Assembly: GCA_963832745.1 (NCBI GenBank)
Contig: CAWHVC010000001.1
Location: 719,555 to 783,554, forward strand
DNA length: 64,000 nt
Source of the DNA: Candidatus Bathyarchaeota archaeon
Lineage (GTDB): Archaea; Thermoproteota; Bathyarchaeia; Bathyarchaeales; Bathycorpusculaceae
Direction of reading: 5' to 3'
Positions within the stretch are counted from its first letter, which is position 1. Every line of letters begins with the position of its first letter. The notes below the pieces were generated by a model that saw only the letters and a list, made by a program, of their open reading frames with translations, was not told where the DNA came from and made no database searches. A program made the position numbers and the translations under genes. Below, in pieces: positions 19,219 to 29,393 of this stretch.

Positions 19219-19488
19219 ATGCCAAGCGCATACGTGTTATTTACTGTCTCCCCAGGATTTGAAGATGCCGTCTTAAATGCCGCAAAAAACACTGGAGAAG
19301 TCGAAGAAGCATTCGTATCTTATGGCGCCTATGACCTTATCGTTAAAGCAAAAGCAGAATCTATGGATGAACTAAAAGAGCTAGTAAGCTACAAACTACG
19401 TACAATCGCCAACGTGACATCCACTCTGACGTTAATGATAGATCAAGAAAACAAAGCCAAACGATTAGAAATACCATTACAGCATTAA
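19219..19488 (+). CDS. Stand-alone Lrp/AsnC ligand-binding (RAM) domain protein
   Basis: AYVLFTVSPG, EAFVSYGAYDLIVK, LRTIANVTSTLTLM; GGAG SD before ATG 19219. Confidence 0.85.
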   Translation: MPSAYVLFTVSPGFEDAVLNAAKNTGEVEEAFVSYGAYDLIVKAKAESMDELKELVSYKLRTIANVTSTLTLMIDQENKAKRLEIPLQH

Positions 19489-19630
19489 GCACAAGCTAAA
19501 ATGGGGAAGGATAAAAGCCAAAAATTTTTGGCAAACAGGTAAGGGTACTTATTAACTGTAACAGACATGAAACAACCTTTTACGTTTGCGCATGACAAAT
19601 TTTCTGATTAAGCGTAAAAAGCAGAAATGT

Positions 19631-21202
19631 TTATGGGTTTACAACGCAGGATACGTCTAACTGCTTCTCGAACGCTTCATAAAACGCTCGCCTGTTCTGC
19701 ATAATACTCCATTTTTCCATGCTGCAATCAGTCTCAGAGTGAAAAGAAAGCATAACAACGCCCCCTTTGTTGCTGGTAAACTCGACATTCTTTACTAAGC
19801 CACCGTGGCTACGGTCCAGTTTTTCAGCTATCCTTAAAAAAGTTGATAAAACAACCACCGCGTACTTGGATTCTACATCCAAATCTATTTTCTTTAATGC
19901 TTTACTGGTGGGCAATTTTTTTCGGTGAAAACGAGCCACATTAGCGATTAGCGTGATTTCTTGGGGTTCAAAACCGTAAAGCTCAGCGTTACTAATAATG
20001 TAGTGAGAATGCAAATGGTGATTATTGAAAGAAATGACATCACCAATGTCATGAAGCGTGGCAGCGTAAGCTAACAATTCCCGATACTTGTCTGAAAGGT
20101 AATGCAGCCCAATTTGTTTTGCACTATCAAATAATTGCACAGCTAAAGCTGAAACGGTTTGAGAGTGGTCTTCATCAAAATTAAAAGATCGCCCTAAATG
20201 CAGAACGCTTCGATTTCTTAAAGGAGTTTTTTGAAGCTCCCGGTAACTTTCAAAATTCGACAAATAATCAGCAAGCAAACCATCACGAAGCTCTTTGTGG
20301 GTAACACGAATTTCTTCTAAACCAAAATCTTCCATCAACGCATCAATGATAGCTGCCCCAGCCACGATTATGTCTGCTCGGTAAGGGTTAATTCCAGGCA
20401 ATTTTCGTCGTTCTTCAAGCGTCAAAGAACACAACGTAGAAGCTAATCGTTTCAGATTTTTCCTGTTAAGCACAAGACCGCCGCTGTTGTTTTTCTTGAA
20501 TAGTTTGCCCGCGATTTCTGCAAGGTTAATAATGGTACCTGAGGAGCCCCAAGCAAGCCTTGAACCGCATTCTTTAACAATTGTCTGTACTGATCGTGCA
20601 CTGCGGTGTACATGATTCTTCATTTTCTTGTAGATGCTATCAGGTATTTGTTTGGTCCAGCCTTCACCGATAAATTGGGTTGTAAGCCTTATTGCGCCAA
20701 CTTTTAGGCTGTAAGTATAGTAAAGTTGGTATTGGTCTCCGATAGCGATTTCTGTGCTTCCACCGCCCAAATCTATGAACATTGCTTTTTCTTCGCCAAT
20801 GTCTATGCCGCTTAAAACACCCATGTAAATTAAACGAGCCTCTTCTTCCCCAGAGATAACCTGAACATTCAAACCAGTCTCTTTAAAAAGTCGATCAAGA
20901 AACACTGACTTATTGTCTGCTTCTCGAATGGCGGACGTGCCAACAGCAAATATTTTTGTTGCACCATAAGTTTTGGATAAACTGGTAAATTTTCCGCAGA
21001 CAAAAATTGCACGATCCATTGCTTCGGGTTTAAGCAGGTTATCACTAAATTCTTCTTCGCCTAATCTTACAACTTCTTTTTCTTGGCTAATAATAGTGTA
21101 AGAAAAATTAGGGTTTATTCTAACAACAAGTAGCCTAACCGCGTTGGTTCCAATATCTATGAAGCCTACAACTTGGCCTAAGGTTGCTACTGTTTGACCC
21201 AT
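19631..21202 (-). CDS. ppx: Ppx/GppA exopolyphosphatase with HD domain
   Basis: IDIGTNAVRL, TSAIREA, SGEEEA, DLGGGSTE, LHDIG. Confidence 0.92.
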   Translation of the reverse strand: MGQTVATLGQVVGFIDIGTNAVRLLVVRINPNFSYTIISQEKEVVRLGEEEFSDNLLKPEAMDRAIFVCGKFTSLSKTYGATKIFAVGTSAIREADNKSVFLDRLFKETGLNVQVISGEEEARLIYMGVLSGIDIGEEKAMFIDLGGGSTEIAIGDQYQLYYTYSLKVGAIRLTTQFIGEGWTKQIPDSIYKKMKNHVHRSARSVQTIVKECGSRLAWGSSGTIINLAEIAGKLFKKNNSGGLVLNRKNLKRLASTLCSLTLEERRKLPGINPYRADIIVAGAAIIDALMEDFGLEEIRVTHKELRDGLLADYLSNFESYRELQKTPLRNRSVLHLGRSFNFDEDHSQTVSALAVQLFDSAKQIGLHYLSDKYRELLAYAATLHDIGDVISFNNHHLHSHYIISNAELYGFEPQEITLIANVARFHRKKLPTSKALKKIDLDVESKYAVVVLSTFLRIAEKLDRSHGGLVKNVEFTSNKGGVVMLSFHSETDCSMEKWSIMQNRRAFYEAFEKQLDVSCVVNP

Positions 21203-23532
21203 ACCAACACCATCTTCTTTTTGAAGAACTTTTCAAATAAGTCCTTTTTCTTATCAAACGCTTGCTCCACTAATGAAGTATCCGTATCTGAAACACATTC
21301 AAGTGTTACTCTTTTCGAAGCAACCCTGACACCTAAGATTTTAACTTTGGCATCATGCGTGTAATCTAACGAGTCGGCTACTCGGAGAATGCTGGACAAA
21401 GCTGAGATTTCGTTAACTGTTTTACTGTTTAAGGTTGCAAGATTGTAATGCTTTTGTTTCGGAAGCCCCTTTCGGTGGTAACGGGCAATACTTGCTACAA
21501 CTCGCCGCTCCTCAGATGCCAGAGGCAATTGGGCCTCGTTTAGAATTATAGTCATTGAGGTTTTGTTATGGCCTTTTATGGCTTTTGATAAGCCCAAATC
21601 GTGCAGTAAAGCGGCGCATTCCAGCAGGTTCCGTTGGTATTCGCCTAAATGGTGAAGACTCTGCAGAGTATCATACAAACTTAAAGATAACTCTCGCACG
21701 TGCTCAACATGCATTGTATCCTGCAAACAAGTTTTTGATAATTCACGAGCTGCATACATTAGTTCAGTCCAGTTTCGGTTTTGATTAGCTTTTTTTGCTT
21801 TGTCTTCACTTTTTATTGCTTCCAAAGCTTCACCGCGAAGTAACATTTGGGCAAAACTTTCAGGCAATCCCTTCTTACGCGAAGCTGAAGCGGCATCTTC
21901 AACAGGATAACTCAACCGAAACAGTTCTACATTGAGGGGGTTAAAACTTAGCATTGCATAAGCAGTTTGAGGATTACCATCTCCAGGACGGCCCACACTT
22001 CCAGGATTAACAAAAGAGACACCAGCCGCTTGCCTATAAAATGGATCATGCGAATGCCCCACAATAATCAAGTCAGCCTCCGCATCAGACGCGATTTTTT
22101 TAAGTCTCGCTTCAGGCGTATCATGATAAAGATGTTCGGTTGAAGATTTTGGGCTTGCATGTGTCACGAGTACTTTTTTGCCTACAAGCTCCAGCTTCAT
22201 TTCGGTTGGGAAAGAGTGAAGATAAACCTTGCAGGGTTCGGTTAATACGTTGTTAGTGTAGGTTAATGCAAGCTTTTTGACGCCCTTATCTTTTGAAGTG
22301 TCCTGTAAAACTTCTGAGTCAAAATTTCCGCAAACACTAAGCACGTTTTTTTCATACAGCAAATTAAGAACCTCGTTTGGACATGCGCCAAAACCGACAG
22401 AGTCTCCAGCATTCAAAAAAAGTTGCGCTCCCTTTTTTTCGGCATCTTGAACCACCGTTTCCAAAGCATGCAAGTTAGCATGAATATCCGATAAAACTGC
22501 AACCTTCAAGTTTGGGTTTGAAAGCAAAACAGAATCAAGCTTATTTGCCCCAAATCCTGCCTCAGTGTTTACGGATTTTTGGAGATTACTAAAAAAGTTT
22601 TGCGCCATGACTTCATCCCACCGTTTGACGAAACTGGCATAATTGCGTTCTTTGCGCTCGGTGACATAAACTGAAAAATCGATGGCTGCTTGTTTGAACT
22701 CTACGGTTATGAAATCTTTTTTGAAACGTTTCTTTTGGTTGTCCCCTAAGTGTTGGTTGTCGACAGTGAACTTTGAAAGAATGCTTAGCCATTCATCGCA
22801 ATCATGCATTTCGCCAAGCAAATCTTGAAAATCCTTTATCACCTGAATTTCTTGAGTTAATCCATTTTTGTATAAGGGAGCAAACGTTTCCATAGTGTAA
22901 CGGAGATGTTTAGCGTTTATTCGCATTTCATGATGCTTAAGCGTCTCTGATTCCTGATGAACATACTCAGATAAAGCTAACAAATCATCAAGCAGGCAGG
23001 TTATGTTCCAACCAGCTTTTTCGAAAACAGACCGAGAATCCAAAGATTCACCTGACAATTCGCCGGCAGTCCGCTTTAAGAAATCAGAAATTTCCGTTAA
23101 TCCTGCAGAATTTTGCAGTTTCTCCAAACCTTCAGTCACAGTTGCTTGAACGGCTTTTCTACAGTCCTTGTGGTCCTTTAAAAGGGGAGTTAATCCTTGG
23201 CGTTTAGCTGGCGATTCTTGGATGTAATTTTGCAAAAAAGCTATTTGAACATCAAGGTCTCGAGCTTCACTGAGAAGCTTTGTTACAGTTTTTATCTCTT
23301 TAAACCATCGTTTGTACTTCTTTTTCGGGTAACATGACTGAAATAAAGACATAACGGCTCTTATTTTTCGTGAGCTAACGCGCATTTTGTGAACGCATTC
23401 AACATCTTTATTCTCTATGACATCATCAATGTGAGCTTCAAAACTCTTCAAAAGCTTACTTAGCACGTCACAGCCAAACAGGCAGTAGCTTTTGCCATGG
23501 TTAAACGACAGGTTTTTATCGGTTATACTCAT
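21187..23532 (-). CDS. CHAD - metallophosphoesterase - HD domain fusion protein
   Basis: CHAD (VHKMRVSSRKIR, RDLDV, HEMRINAKHLRY, QDLLGEMHD); MPE (SDIHAN, GDSVG, GNFD, GHSH, NPGSVG); HD (LLHDLG, ARYHRK, RVADSLD). Confidence 0.9.
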   Translation of the reverse strand: MSITDKNLSFNHGKSYCLFGCDVLSKLLKSFEAHIDDVIENKDVECVHKMRVSSRKIRAVMSLFQSCYPKKKYKRWFKEIKTVTKLLSEARDLDVQIAFLQNYIQESPAKRQGLTPLLKDHKDCRKAVQATVTEGLEKLQNSAGLTEISDFLKRTAGELSGESLDSRSVFEKAGWNITCLLDDLLALSEYVHQESETLKHHEMRINAKHLRYTMETFAPLYKNGLTQEIQVIKDFQDLLGEMHDCDEWLSILSKFTVDNQHLGDNQKKRFKKDFITVEFKQAAIDFSVYVTERKERNYASFVKRWDEVMAQNFFSNLQKSVNTEAGFGANKLDSVLLSNPNLKVAVLSDIHANLHALETVVQDAEKKGAQLFLNAGDSVGFGACPNEVLNLLYEKNVLSVCGNFDSEVLQDTSKDKGVKKLALTYTNNVLTEPCKVYLHSFPTEMKLELVGKKVLVTHASPKSSTEHLYHDTPEARLKKIASDAEADLIIVGHSHDPFYRQAAGVSFVNPGSVGRPGDGNPQTAYAMLSFNPLNVELFRLSYPVEDAASASRKKGLPESFAQMLLRGEALEAIKSEDKAKKANQNRNWTELMYAARELSKTCLQDTMHVEHVRELSLSLYDTLQSLHHLGEYQRNLLECAALLHDLGLSKAIKGHNKTSMTIILNEAQLPLASEERRVVASIARYHRKGLPKQKHYNLATLNSKTVNEISALSSILRVADSLDYTHDAKVKILGVRVASKRVTLECVSDTDTSLVEQAFDKKKDLFEKFFKKKMVLVWVKQ

Positions 23533-25654
23533 GCCAAACGCCCCTGTTTTGGATAAGCCAAAGTTGCGAATTTATTACTTCTTCGCCTTCGTTAGGCACA
23601 ACCATTTGATACGTTCCATCTGAAAGAAGTCTTCGAGCTTTAACGTTATCTTTAAGATGAATTTTGAGCATATCTTCAAGAATTACCTGCCGCACTCTCG
23701 AGTCTGGAACACTAAAAAGCACTTCAATACGTTCATTGAGGTTTCTAAACATTAAATCGGAACTGCCGATTAAAACTTCACTTTCGGCGCCCGCTTGGAA
23801 ATAAAAAATTCTTGCATGTTCAAGAAAACGGCCAACAATAGAAATAACTGAAATGTTATCACTAACACCTTTCAACCCAGGTCTTAAGCAACATAAACCG
23901 CGAACGTTCAAATCAATTTTAACTCCAGCGATTGAAGCCCGGTAAAGCGCTTGGATAACTTCAGTTTCTTCCAAATTGTTTAACTTAAAAGCAAGATACC
24001 CTTTGCCCGTCTTACGATGAAACGCTATTTCCCGGTCAATTCTTTTAAGGATTTCGCGTTTCAACGTTTTTGGTGCGACCAGAAGGTTTCTGAATTTAAA
24101 TTCTTTTTCTTGAAGACCATTTTCCAATATGTTAAATAAGGCCTCAAGTTCTAAACCGACATCATGCCGAGCCGTTAAGTAGCCTATGTCACCGTAAATT
24201 TTAGCTGTCACTGCATTATAGTTGCCTGAACCAATATGAGAGTATCTAACAAGCGCTTCTTTTTCTCGTCTAACAATTAGGCAAAGTTTAGCGTGCACTT
24301 TAATTTTAGGGAAATTGTAAACTATTTCTACTCCTGCCCTTTTGAGATTTGAAGCCAACAAAATGTTGTTTTCTTCATCAAACTTGGCTTTTAACTCAAT
24401 TACAGCTACCACTTTTTTGCCATTCTGTGCAGCCTCTTTTAGGGCGTCAACAACCGGCGATTTTGCATCCATGCGGTACATTGTTATATAAATTTCCAAA
24501 ACATTAACGTCAACCGCTGCTTCCTTAAGCAAGTCAACTATCACTTCAAAGCTATCATAAGGGTGATAAAGCACAACGTCACGTTTAGCAATGTTTTCAA
24601 AAATGTGTTTTCGAGAAGAAAGCGATGGTAAAACGTAAGGCATAAACGTTTTGTCCTTTAGGTCCGGCCTGTTTATTTTAAGTAGTTGCCAAAGGTCTAC
24701 AAATCCAAGTGGTGCATCGGTTTCATAAATCAAGTAATCGGGTAACTTTAAGGACAAAGCAAGTTCGTCTCTAACAAAAGCAGGGGTTCTCTTGTCGAAT
24801 TCAAGCCTGCTTGGAAAACCCAGTTTGCGTCTGCATAAACTCTTTTTAACGGAATTAAGAAAGTCAGAAGATTCATCCATCAAAATATCAATTTCGCCGT
24901 TACGTGTTAAACGGAAAGGGTAAGCAGTTAACGTTTTCTGGTTTGGAAAAACAAGGTCCAAATTGTTTGCTATTAAATCTTCAAGGAAAACGTACTTGTG
25001 GACTGTTTTTTCCAGTTTTTCTAATTCTAAAGCGTTCAAGTTATCGGGAATTTCTATTAGCCTGCCGAAGCGGTCAGCTGGAACGTCAAGTAGGTAAAAG
25101 TCATCTTTCTTAGAAAAACCCATCACAAAAAGATTAATGTGCAAATTCTCAAGAGCAATATTATTACAACCTTTGGCTGGGACAATTATGTATGGCAAAA
25201 TTTTATTTTGAAAGTGTAACCTCAAACCTGCTTTTTCTTGAATAGATAATTCATCAAATTGTTTAATGTGAATATCTGATTTTGCCAATGCGGGGACAAG
25301 TTCATATCGCCAACAATCAGAATGACGCTGGATGAGTGGAAGGATTTCTTTACGGGTAGCATGAATTTGTTCGATAGCAGTTAAGCCGTCAACAGACCGC
25401 ACGTCAGAGCCTTTATTGATCGTCTTTAAAAGCCTTGGAATACGTGTCATGAAAAACTCGTCTAAATTACTGCCACAAATCGCTAGAAACTTTATCCTTT
25501 CCAGTAGAGGATGCCAAAAATCTTTAGCTTCCTCAAGCACGCGAACGTTAAACCTTATCCAGCTCAACTCGCGATTTATGAAATAATCCGGATTATCAAG
25601 TTGCTTTTTTATGGCAGAGTTAAAGTCTGGGTCAATATTGCTTGTGTCTAACAA
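23516..25654 (-). CDS. ppk1: Polyphosphate kinase 1
   Basis: INRELSW, SNLDEFFM, HPYDSF, ELKAKFDE, KVHAK, VGRFLEH. Confidence 0.95.
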   Translation of the reverse strand: MLDTSNIDPDFNSAIKKQLDNPDYFINRELSWIRFNVRVLEEAKDFWHPLLERIKFLAICGSNLDEFFMTRIPRLLKTINKGSDVRSVDGLTAIEQIHATRKEILPLIQRHSDCWRYELVPALAKSDIHIKQFDELSIQEKAGLRLHFQNKILPYIIVPAKGCNNIALENLHINLFVMGFSKKDDFYLLDVPADRFGRLIEIPDNLNALELEKLEKTVHKYVFLEDLIANNLDLVFPNQKTLTAYPFRLTRNGEIDILMDESSDFLNSVKKSLCRRKLGFPSRLEFDKRTPAFVRDELALSLKLPDYLIYETDAPLGFVDLWQLLKINRPDLKDKTFMPYVLPSLSSRKHIFENIAKRDVVLYHPYDSFEVIVDLLKEAAVDVNVLEIYITMYRMDAKSPVVDALKEAAQNGKKVVAVIELKAKFDEENNILLASNLKRAGVEIVYNFPKIKVHAKLCLIVRREKEALVRYSHIGSGNYNAVTAKIYGDIGYLTARHDVGLELEALFNILENGLQEKEFKFRNLLVAPKTLKREILKRIDREIAFHRKTGKGYLAFKLNNLEETEVIQALYRASIAGVKIDLNVRGLCCLRPGLKGVSDNISVISIVGRFLEHARIFYFQAGAESEVLIGSSDLMFRNLNERIEVLFSVPDSRVRQVILEDMLKIHLKDNVKARRLLSDGTYQMVVPNEGEEVINSQLWLIQNRGVWHEYNR

Positions 25655-25746
25655 AGGTTTATTTCCCCGGAATTATTCGGCGCAAACCGCACCTTTTCGT
25701 CCGTTAAGAATAAAACAGCAAACGGTGACAGGAGAAGCACACGCTT

Positions 25747-25845
25747 TCAGTGGTTACGCTTCCTTACCAAGTAATCAACATCTGTCTTTTTAATTTTACG
25801 AACAGCAAATGTTTCATATTCGAAAAGAGGAGCTTTCTTGTCCAT
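25747..25845 (-). CDS. Putative 32-aa small protein upstream of ppk1 (absent from ORF track)
   Basis: AAGGTGA SD then ATG; MDKKAPLFEYETFAVRKIKKTDVDYLVRKRNH*. Confidence 0.45.
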   Translation of the reverse strand: MDKKAPLFEYETFAVRKIKKTDVDYLVRKRNH

Positions 25846-25965
25846 GGATTTCACCTTGGTACAGTTAGCAACCAATGAAGCCATTAAATTCTACGAAAAT
25901 AGACTCTATAGTCTCCATTAGTTTATATAGGAAAAGTTTAAGTATAAAACGATTTAGTACAACTT

Positions 25966-26433
25966 ATGAATTCTTTAACTCTTAAAGACAGAAGCTTTTC
26001 TGAATTTACACTCCTAAAAGAAATCGTTTTTTCATGTGTACCAAACGATAAAGGATGCGTTATAGTTTTAGCTGACAAAACATTAGCAGAAACACCAACT
26101 TCAGACATTATTTACATTGGCAAATCCAAGAAGCCGGCCAAACGGGTCTTCGGCGGCTACCTTTCAGGTTACGGTGGAAAAACAAACAAAAAAATTAACT
26201 CAAAACTGTTCAATGAAGGATTCTTGGAAAAAATTTTAATCAGTTGGTTACCAAGCGAGGACCCAAAAGCATCACAGGAAGAACTGCTTGAAGCCTTCAA
26301 AAAAGAGCATGGAAGCTACCCGGCATGGAACAATAAGAAAACTGAAAAAGTTCAGCCTAAACCAAAAACTCAACGGACAACTAAACCAGTTAAAGCCAAA
26401 CCAACCATCAAATCCGTAGGCAACAAAGCCTAA
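25966..26433 (+). CDS. Hypothetical protein, degenerate GIY-YIG-like, Lys-rich tail
   Basis: GCVIVL...IIYIGKS..KR, EELLEAF...YPAWN; TTTATATA box upstream. Confidence 0.5.
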   Translation: MNSLTLKDRSFSEFTLLKEIVFSCVPNDKGCVIVLADKTLAETPTSDIIYIGKSKKPAKRVFGGYLSGYGGKTNKKINSKLFNEGFLEKILISWLPSEDPKASQEELLEAFKKEHGSYPAWNNKKTEKVQPKPKTQRTTKPVKAKPTIKSVGNKA

Positions 26434-26561
26434 TTTATTTTTAGCAATAGTAACTTTTACACAGCTTTTTTGTATCGATTTATTTCTTTTTTACATGTTA
26501 AAGATGGTAAAAAGCAGCTAATGTTTATAGAGGGAATTTGGAAAGATGGTAAGCTTGGAGT

Positions 26562-26831
26562 TTAGCTTACTAATTCAACAATTGTTCCTAAAGCTTGACC
26601 TGGAACAGGGGTTGCAAATTTTGCTCTGACCATACCGTTTTTTCCGTGGATGCCAACTATTTTTCCTGTTAAAGCACTTTTGCCGCTTTTCCAAGTTACT
26701 TTTTGTCCAAGGAGTTTTCCAGCTAAAGAAACGGAGGTTACGTTATCAAATGCGATTAAGCATTCTTTTGGTTGTTGAGACTTAGGGCCGATACGATAAT
26801 TTGTTATTCTGCCGAATGTTTTTTGTGACAA
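26562..26831 (-). CDS. rpl35ae: 50S ribosomal protein L35Ae
   Basis: GRITNYRIG, GKIVGIHGKNGMVRAKF, PGQALG. Confidence 0.93.
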   Translation of the reverse strand: MSQKTFGRITNYRIGPKSQQPKECLIAFDNVTSVSLAGKLLGQKVTWKSGKSALTGKIVGIHGKNGMVRAKFATPVPGQALGTIVELVS

Positions 26832-26994
26832 GATTATTCACCAATATGATGCCCTCTGTAATGATTGGTAGCATTTAAAGTATTAGTCACAAGAGTTCTT
26901 GTTCTTGCAATATCTTAGTGTTTTCCAAAATATTGATAAAATTAACACTAAAACTCTAAGAATTTAAGCTTAACAACCCAGAAGTCTTCTACGT

Positions 26995-27459
26995 TTAACT
27001 TTTTTGACTTACCAATGTTTTTCTTCGGACAATTCCAGTGTAAACCGAAAAAGCAAGAACAGAAACTAATAACGCAACCTTGTAAACTGTAGCCTCTTGA
27101 AACAATGAAACAACCACAAGTATCAAGGGCAAAACACTTAGCAGCAAATAAGCCAATGGAAACAACTTCAAAGCCCGCCGATTAACATTTACAACAACTT
27201 GCTTGCTAAAGAAAAGTTCAGGCAGTTTACCCATACCGATAGTACAGGTTTTACATAAGAAACAAGAGACACAACCATGTTTGCCTATCTCGTAAAATAT
27301 CAAGAAAGCAGTAGCTGCAAAATACAGGACAGCCACTAAGGGAATAAAGAGAGCACAACAGAAGGCGCCTAAAACAATCCAAAGAACAATCGCCAAGTTA
27401 CCGAAAACCAATGCACGCATGGAATAAGTTTTTTGTTGAATTTTTGGATTTTTCGCCAT
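26995..27459 (-). CDS. Cys-cluster membrane protein
   Basis: Four TM segments, GCVSCFLCKTC loop; last gene of the TetR operon. Confidence 0.65.
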   Translation of the reverse strand: MAKNPKIQQKTYSMRALVFGNLAIVLWIVLGAFCCALFIPLVAVLYFAATAFLIFYEIGKHGCVSCFLCKTCTIGMGKLPELFFSKQVVVNVNRRALKLFPLAYLLLSVLPLILVVVSLFQEATVYKVALLVSVLAFSVYTGIVRRKTLVSQKS

Positions 27460-27465
27460 GGTCCT

Positions 27466-28773
27466 TTACGCCTTTAACTGTTTGCCATTTTGTTGGATGA
27501 TTTTTCTGGTTACTCGTAAAGATAACGCCGAAGTAGTTAACATTGACGGCAATCCTTGGGAACGTGGCATCAGTGAGAGGTCAGCAACCCAAAGGTTTTG
27601 GGGCAGCCAGGAAGGATGCATTGTTTCAACGTCTTCTTTAGTTAGGGGCACGGTACCGCCAAGATGTCCACCATGAATCATCCCGTCAACAAATGGACCT
27701 GAAACATCCGAAGCCTGCATTATTTTTATTGCCTCATCTCGTGCTGTGTCGAGATTTTCGTAGTCTTCCTTGGTTAACGTTTTAGTAACTGTGCCGTCAG
27801 CGCCAACAATTCCCTGTTCAGTATCGGCCAATTTAATCATCATACCAACCCTGTCATCAGCGGATACGTTTTTCCATGGTTTATGGAGCCAAAACGAGAG
27901 TAAGTCAAAGTATGGTGAGAGAATATATTTGTCTCTTTTTATGTACCAAACCATGGGCGGCTCGTTTAACATTTTAGAACCTTTTGAAACGCCGCCGACA
28001 GTGAGCACGATGTCAACCCATAGTCGGTCTTTTGCGGGCAAATTGGATGCTTTGAGGATTTGGGCTGTGCCGATGCCTCCTGCTGAGAGAACCACAAAGT
28101 CAGCGTTAAACTGTTGAGTTTGTGAGCCGTGACTAACCAATACTCCGGTTGCTCGTCCGTCCTCAAGGAGCACTTTTTCTGCTTTTGTGTTTGTCAAAAG
28201 TGTGATGCCCCTGTCCAGATATTCGGTATAGACGCGTCTGCTGTCCCATTTTGCGCCTGTTATGCAGCCTAATTCGCAGTAGCCGCAGCCTACGCATTTG
28301 TTTAAATCTACAACTTTCGGTGTAGGCTTAGGTGAATAACCTAAAGTTTTGGCTTTGTCGAACATTTGTTGAGTGAGGGGGCGCCATCTTTCGCATGGTG
28401 TAGGCGCAATTGTGAGGCTGTTTTCGATTTCGTCGTACTCTTTTGACAAGTCAAGTCCAATTTCTTTAAGGCCACCTTCAGCGCGCACCATGTTGCCGGT
28501 TGAGATTGGGGTGCAGCCGCCTTCGGTTACGCCTCTGAAAATAATCAAGTCTTTGCCTGAACGGTTAACGGCGTAATGAGGAAACACACGGCGGATGGAG
28601 CTTGCATCGCTTAGCGGCCAAGAACCTCTAAAGGAGCTGAGCAGTGATATTTTGTGTGTTAATGGTTTGAAGGGTTTGCCGGCTTCTATAAGGGTGACTT
28701 CGTAACCGTTTTTTGCTAGTTCCCGGGCTGCCACTGACCCGCCGGTACCTGAACCGACTATGATTGCTTTCAT
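27466..28773 (-). CDS. GMC-family FAD oxidoreductase with ferredoxin-like Cys motif
   Basis: IIVGSGTGG FAD motif, CVGCGYCELGC, LSAGGIGTAQIL, GHLGGT, ADLSLMP. Confidence 0.85.
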   Translation of the reverse strand: MKAIIVGSGTGGSVAARELAKNGYEVTLIEAGKPFKPLTHKISLLSSFRGSWPLSDASSIRRVFPHYAVNRSGKDLIIFRGVTEGGCTPISTGNMVRAEGGLKEIGLDLSKEYDEIENSLTIAPTPCERWRPLTQQMFDKAKTLGYSPKPTPKVVDLNKCVGCGYCELGCITGAKWDSRRVYTEYLDRGITLLTNTKAEKVLLEDGRATGVLVSHGSQTQQFNADFVVLSAGGIGTAQILKASNLPAKDRLWVDIVLTVGGVSKGSKMLNEPPMVWYIKRDKYILSPYFDLLSFWLHKPWKNVSADDRVGMMIKLADTEQGIVGADGTVTKTLTKEDYENLDTARDEAIKIMQASDVSGPFVDGMIHGGHLGGTVPLTKEDVETMHPSWLPQNLWVADLSLMPRSQGLPSMLTTSALSLRVTRKIIQQNGKQLKA

Positions 28774-29393
28774 ATAATTGGCTCCTTTATTTTGAAGTAA
28801 ATGTTTGCTTTGCAGTTTTCACAGCCGCTTGTCATGTATTGGCTAAATTGGAGCCGTACATTTGGCTGTAACCCTTTTATTACGCCTTCATCAGTGGCGC
28901 TTAAAATTTCGCAGGTTAACTGGGAATATTTTTTTGCCAGAGCACAATGGTTAATGGTGACTTTCGCGTTGGAGTTGTCAACCATTTCTATGCTGAAGGT
29001 TATGCCCAATATTCGATAGAGTATCTTGGCAGCCTTAATCAAGTCCGCTTGGTTATTGCCTACGCCTAGTTTAATGCGTGATTGTTTGCCCAAGTTTTCG
29101 CCTACTGAGAACAAAGCCGCTCGCCCGAGCTCAACTGCCTTTTCATGTCCAACGGCATTTTGGAGGGTTTCAACCATTTTCACATGGGTTTGAGCCATGT
29201 TTAATCTTTGCTCTTCAATACTGGTGGAGACCTCTTGTTTTGTTTGTAAAATAGGTTCTCGCGGAGCATATTTTTTTATTAAACTTTGAAGCGCCATTGT
29301 GGTCTGATTTGATACTTCTGCAAGTTCTCTACGGATAACATACCGTGGAGTCCACCAATACAAAAACAGCAACCTCAAACCCATGTTATTCAC
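28770..29393 (-). CDS. V4R / ATC-hydrolase-like small-molecule-binding protein
   Basis: C..C(TCEILSATDEGVIKGL)..MTSGCENC pattern; overlaps neighbours. Confidence 0.55.
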   Translation of the reverse strand: MNNMGLRLLFLYWWTPRYVIRRELAEVSNQTTMALQSLIKKYAPREPILQTKQEVSTSIEEQRLNMAQTHVKMVETLQNAVGHEKAVELGRAALFSVGENLGKQSRIKLGVGNNQADLIKAAKILYRILGITFSIEMVDNSNAKVTINHCALAKKYSQLTCEILSATDEGVIKGLQPNVRLQFSQYMTSGCENCKANIYFKIKEPII

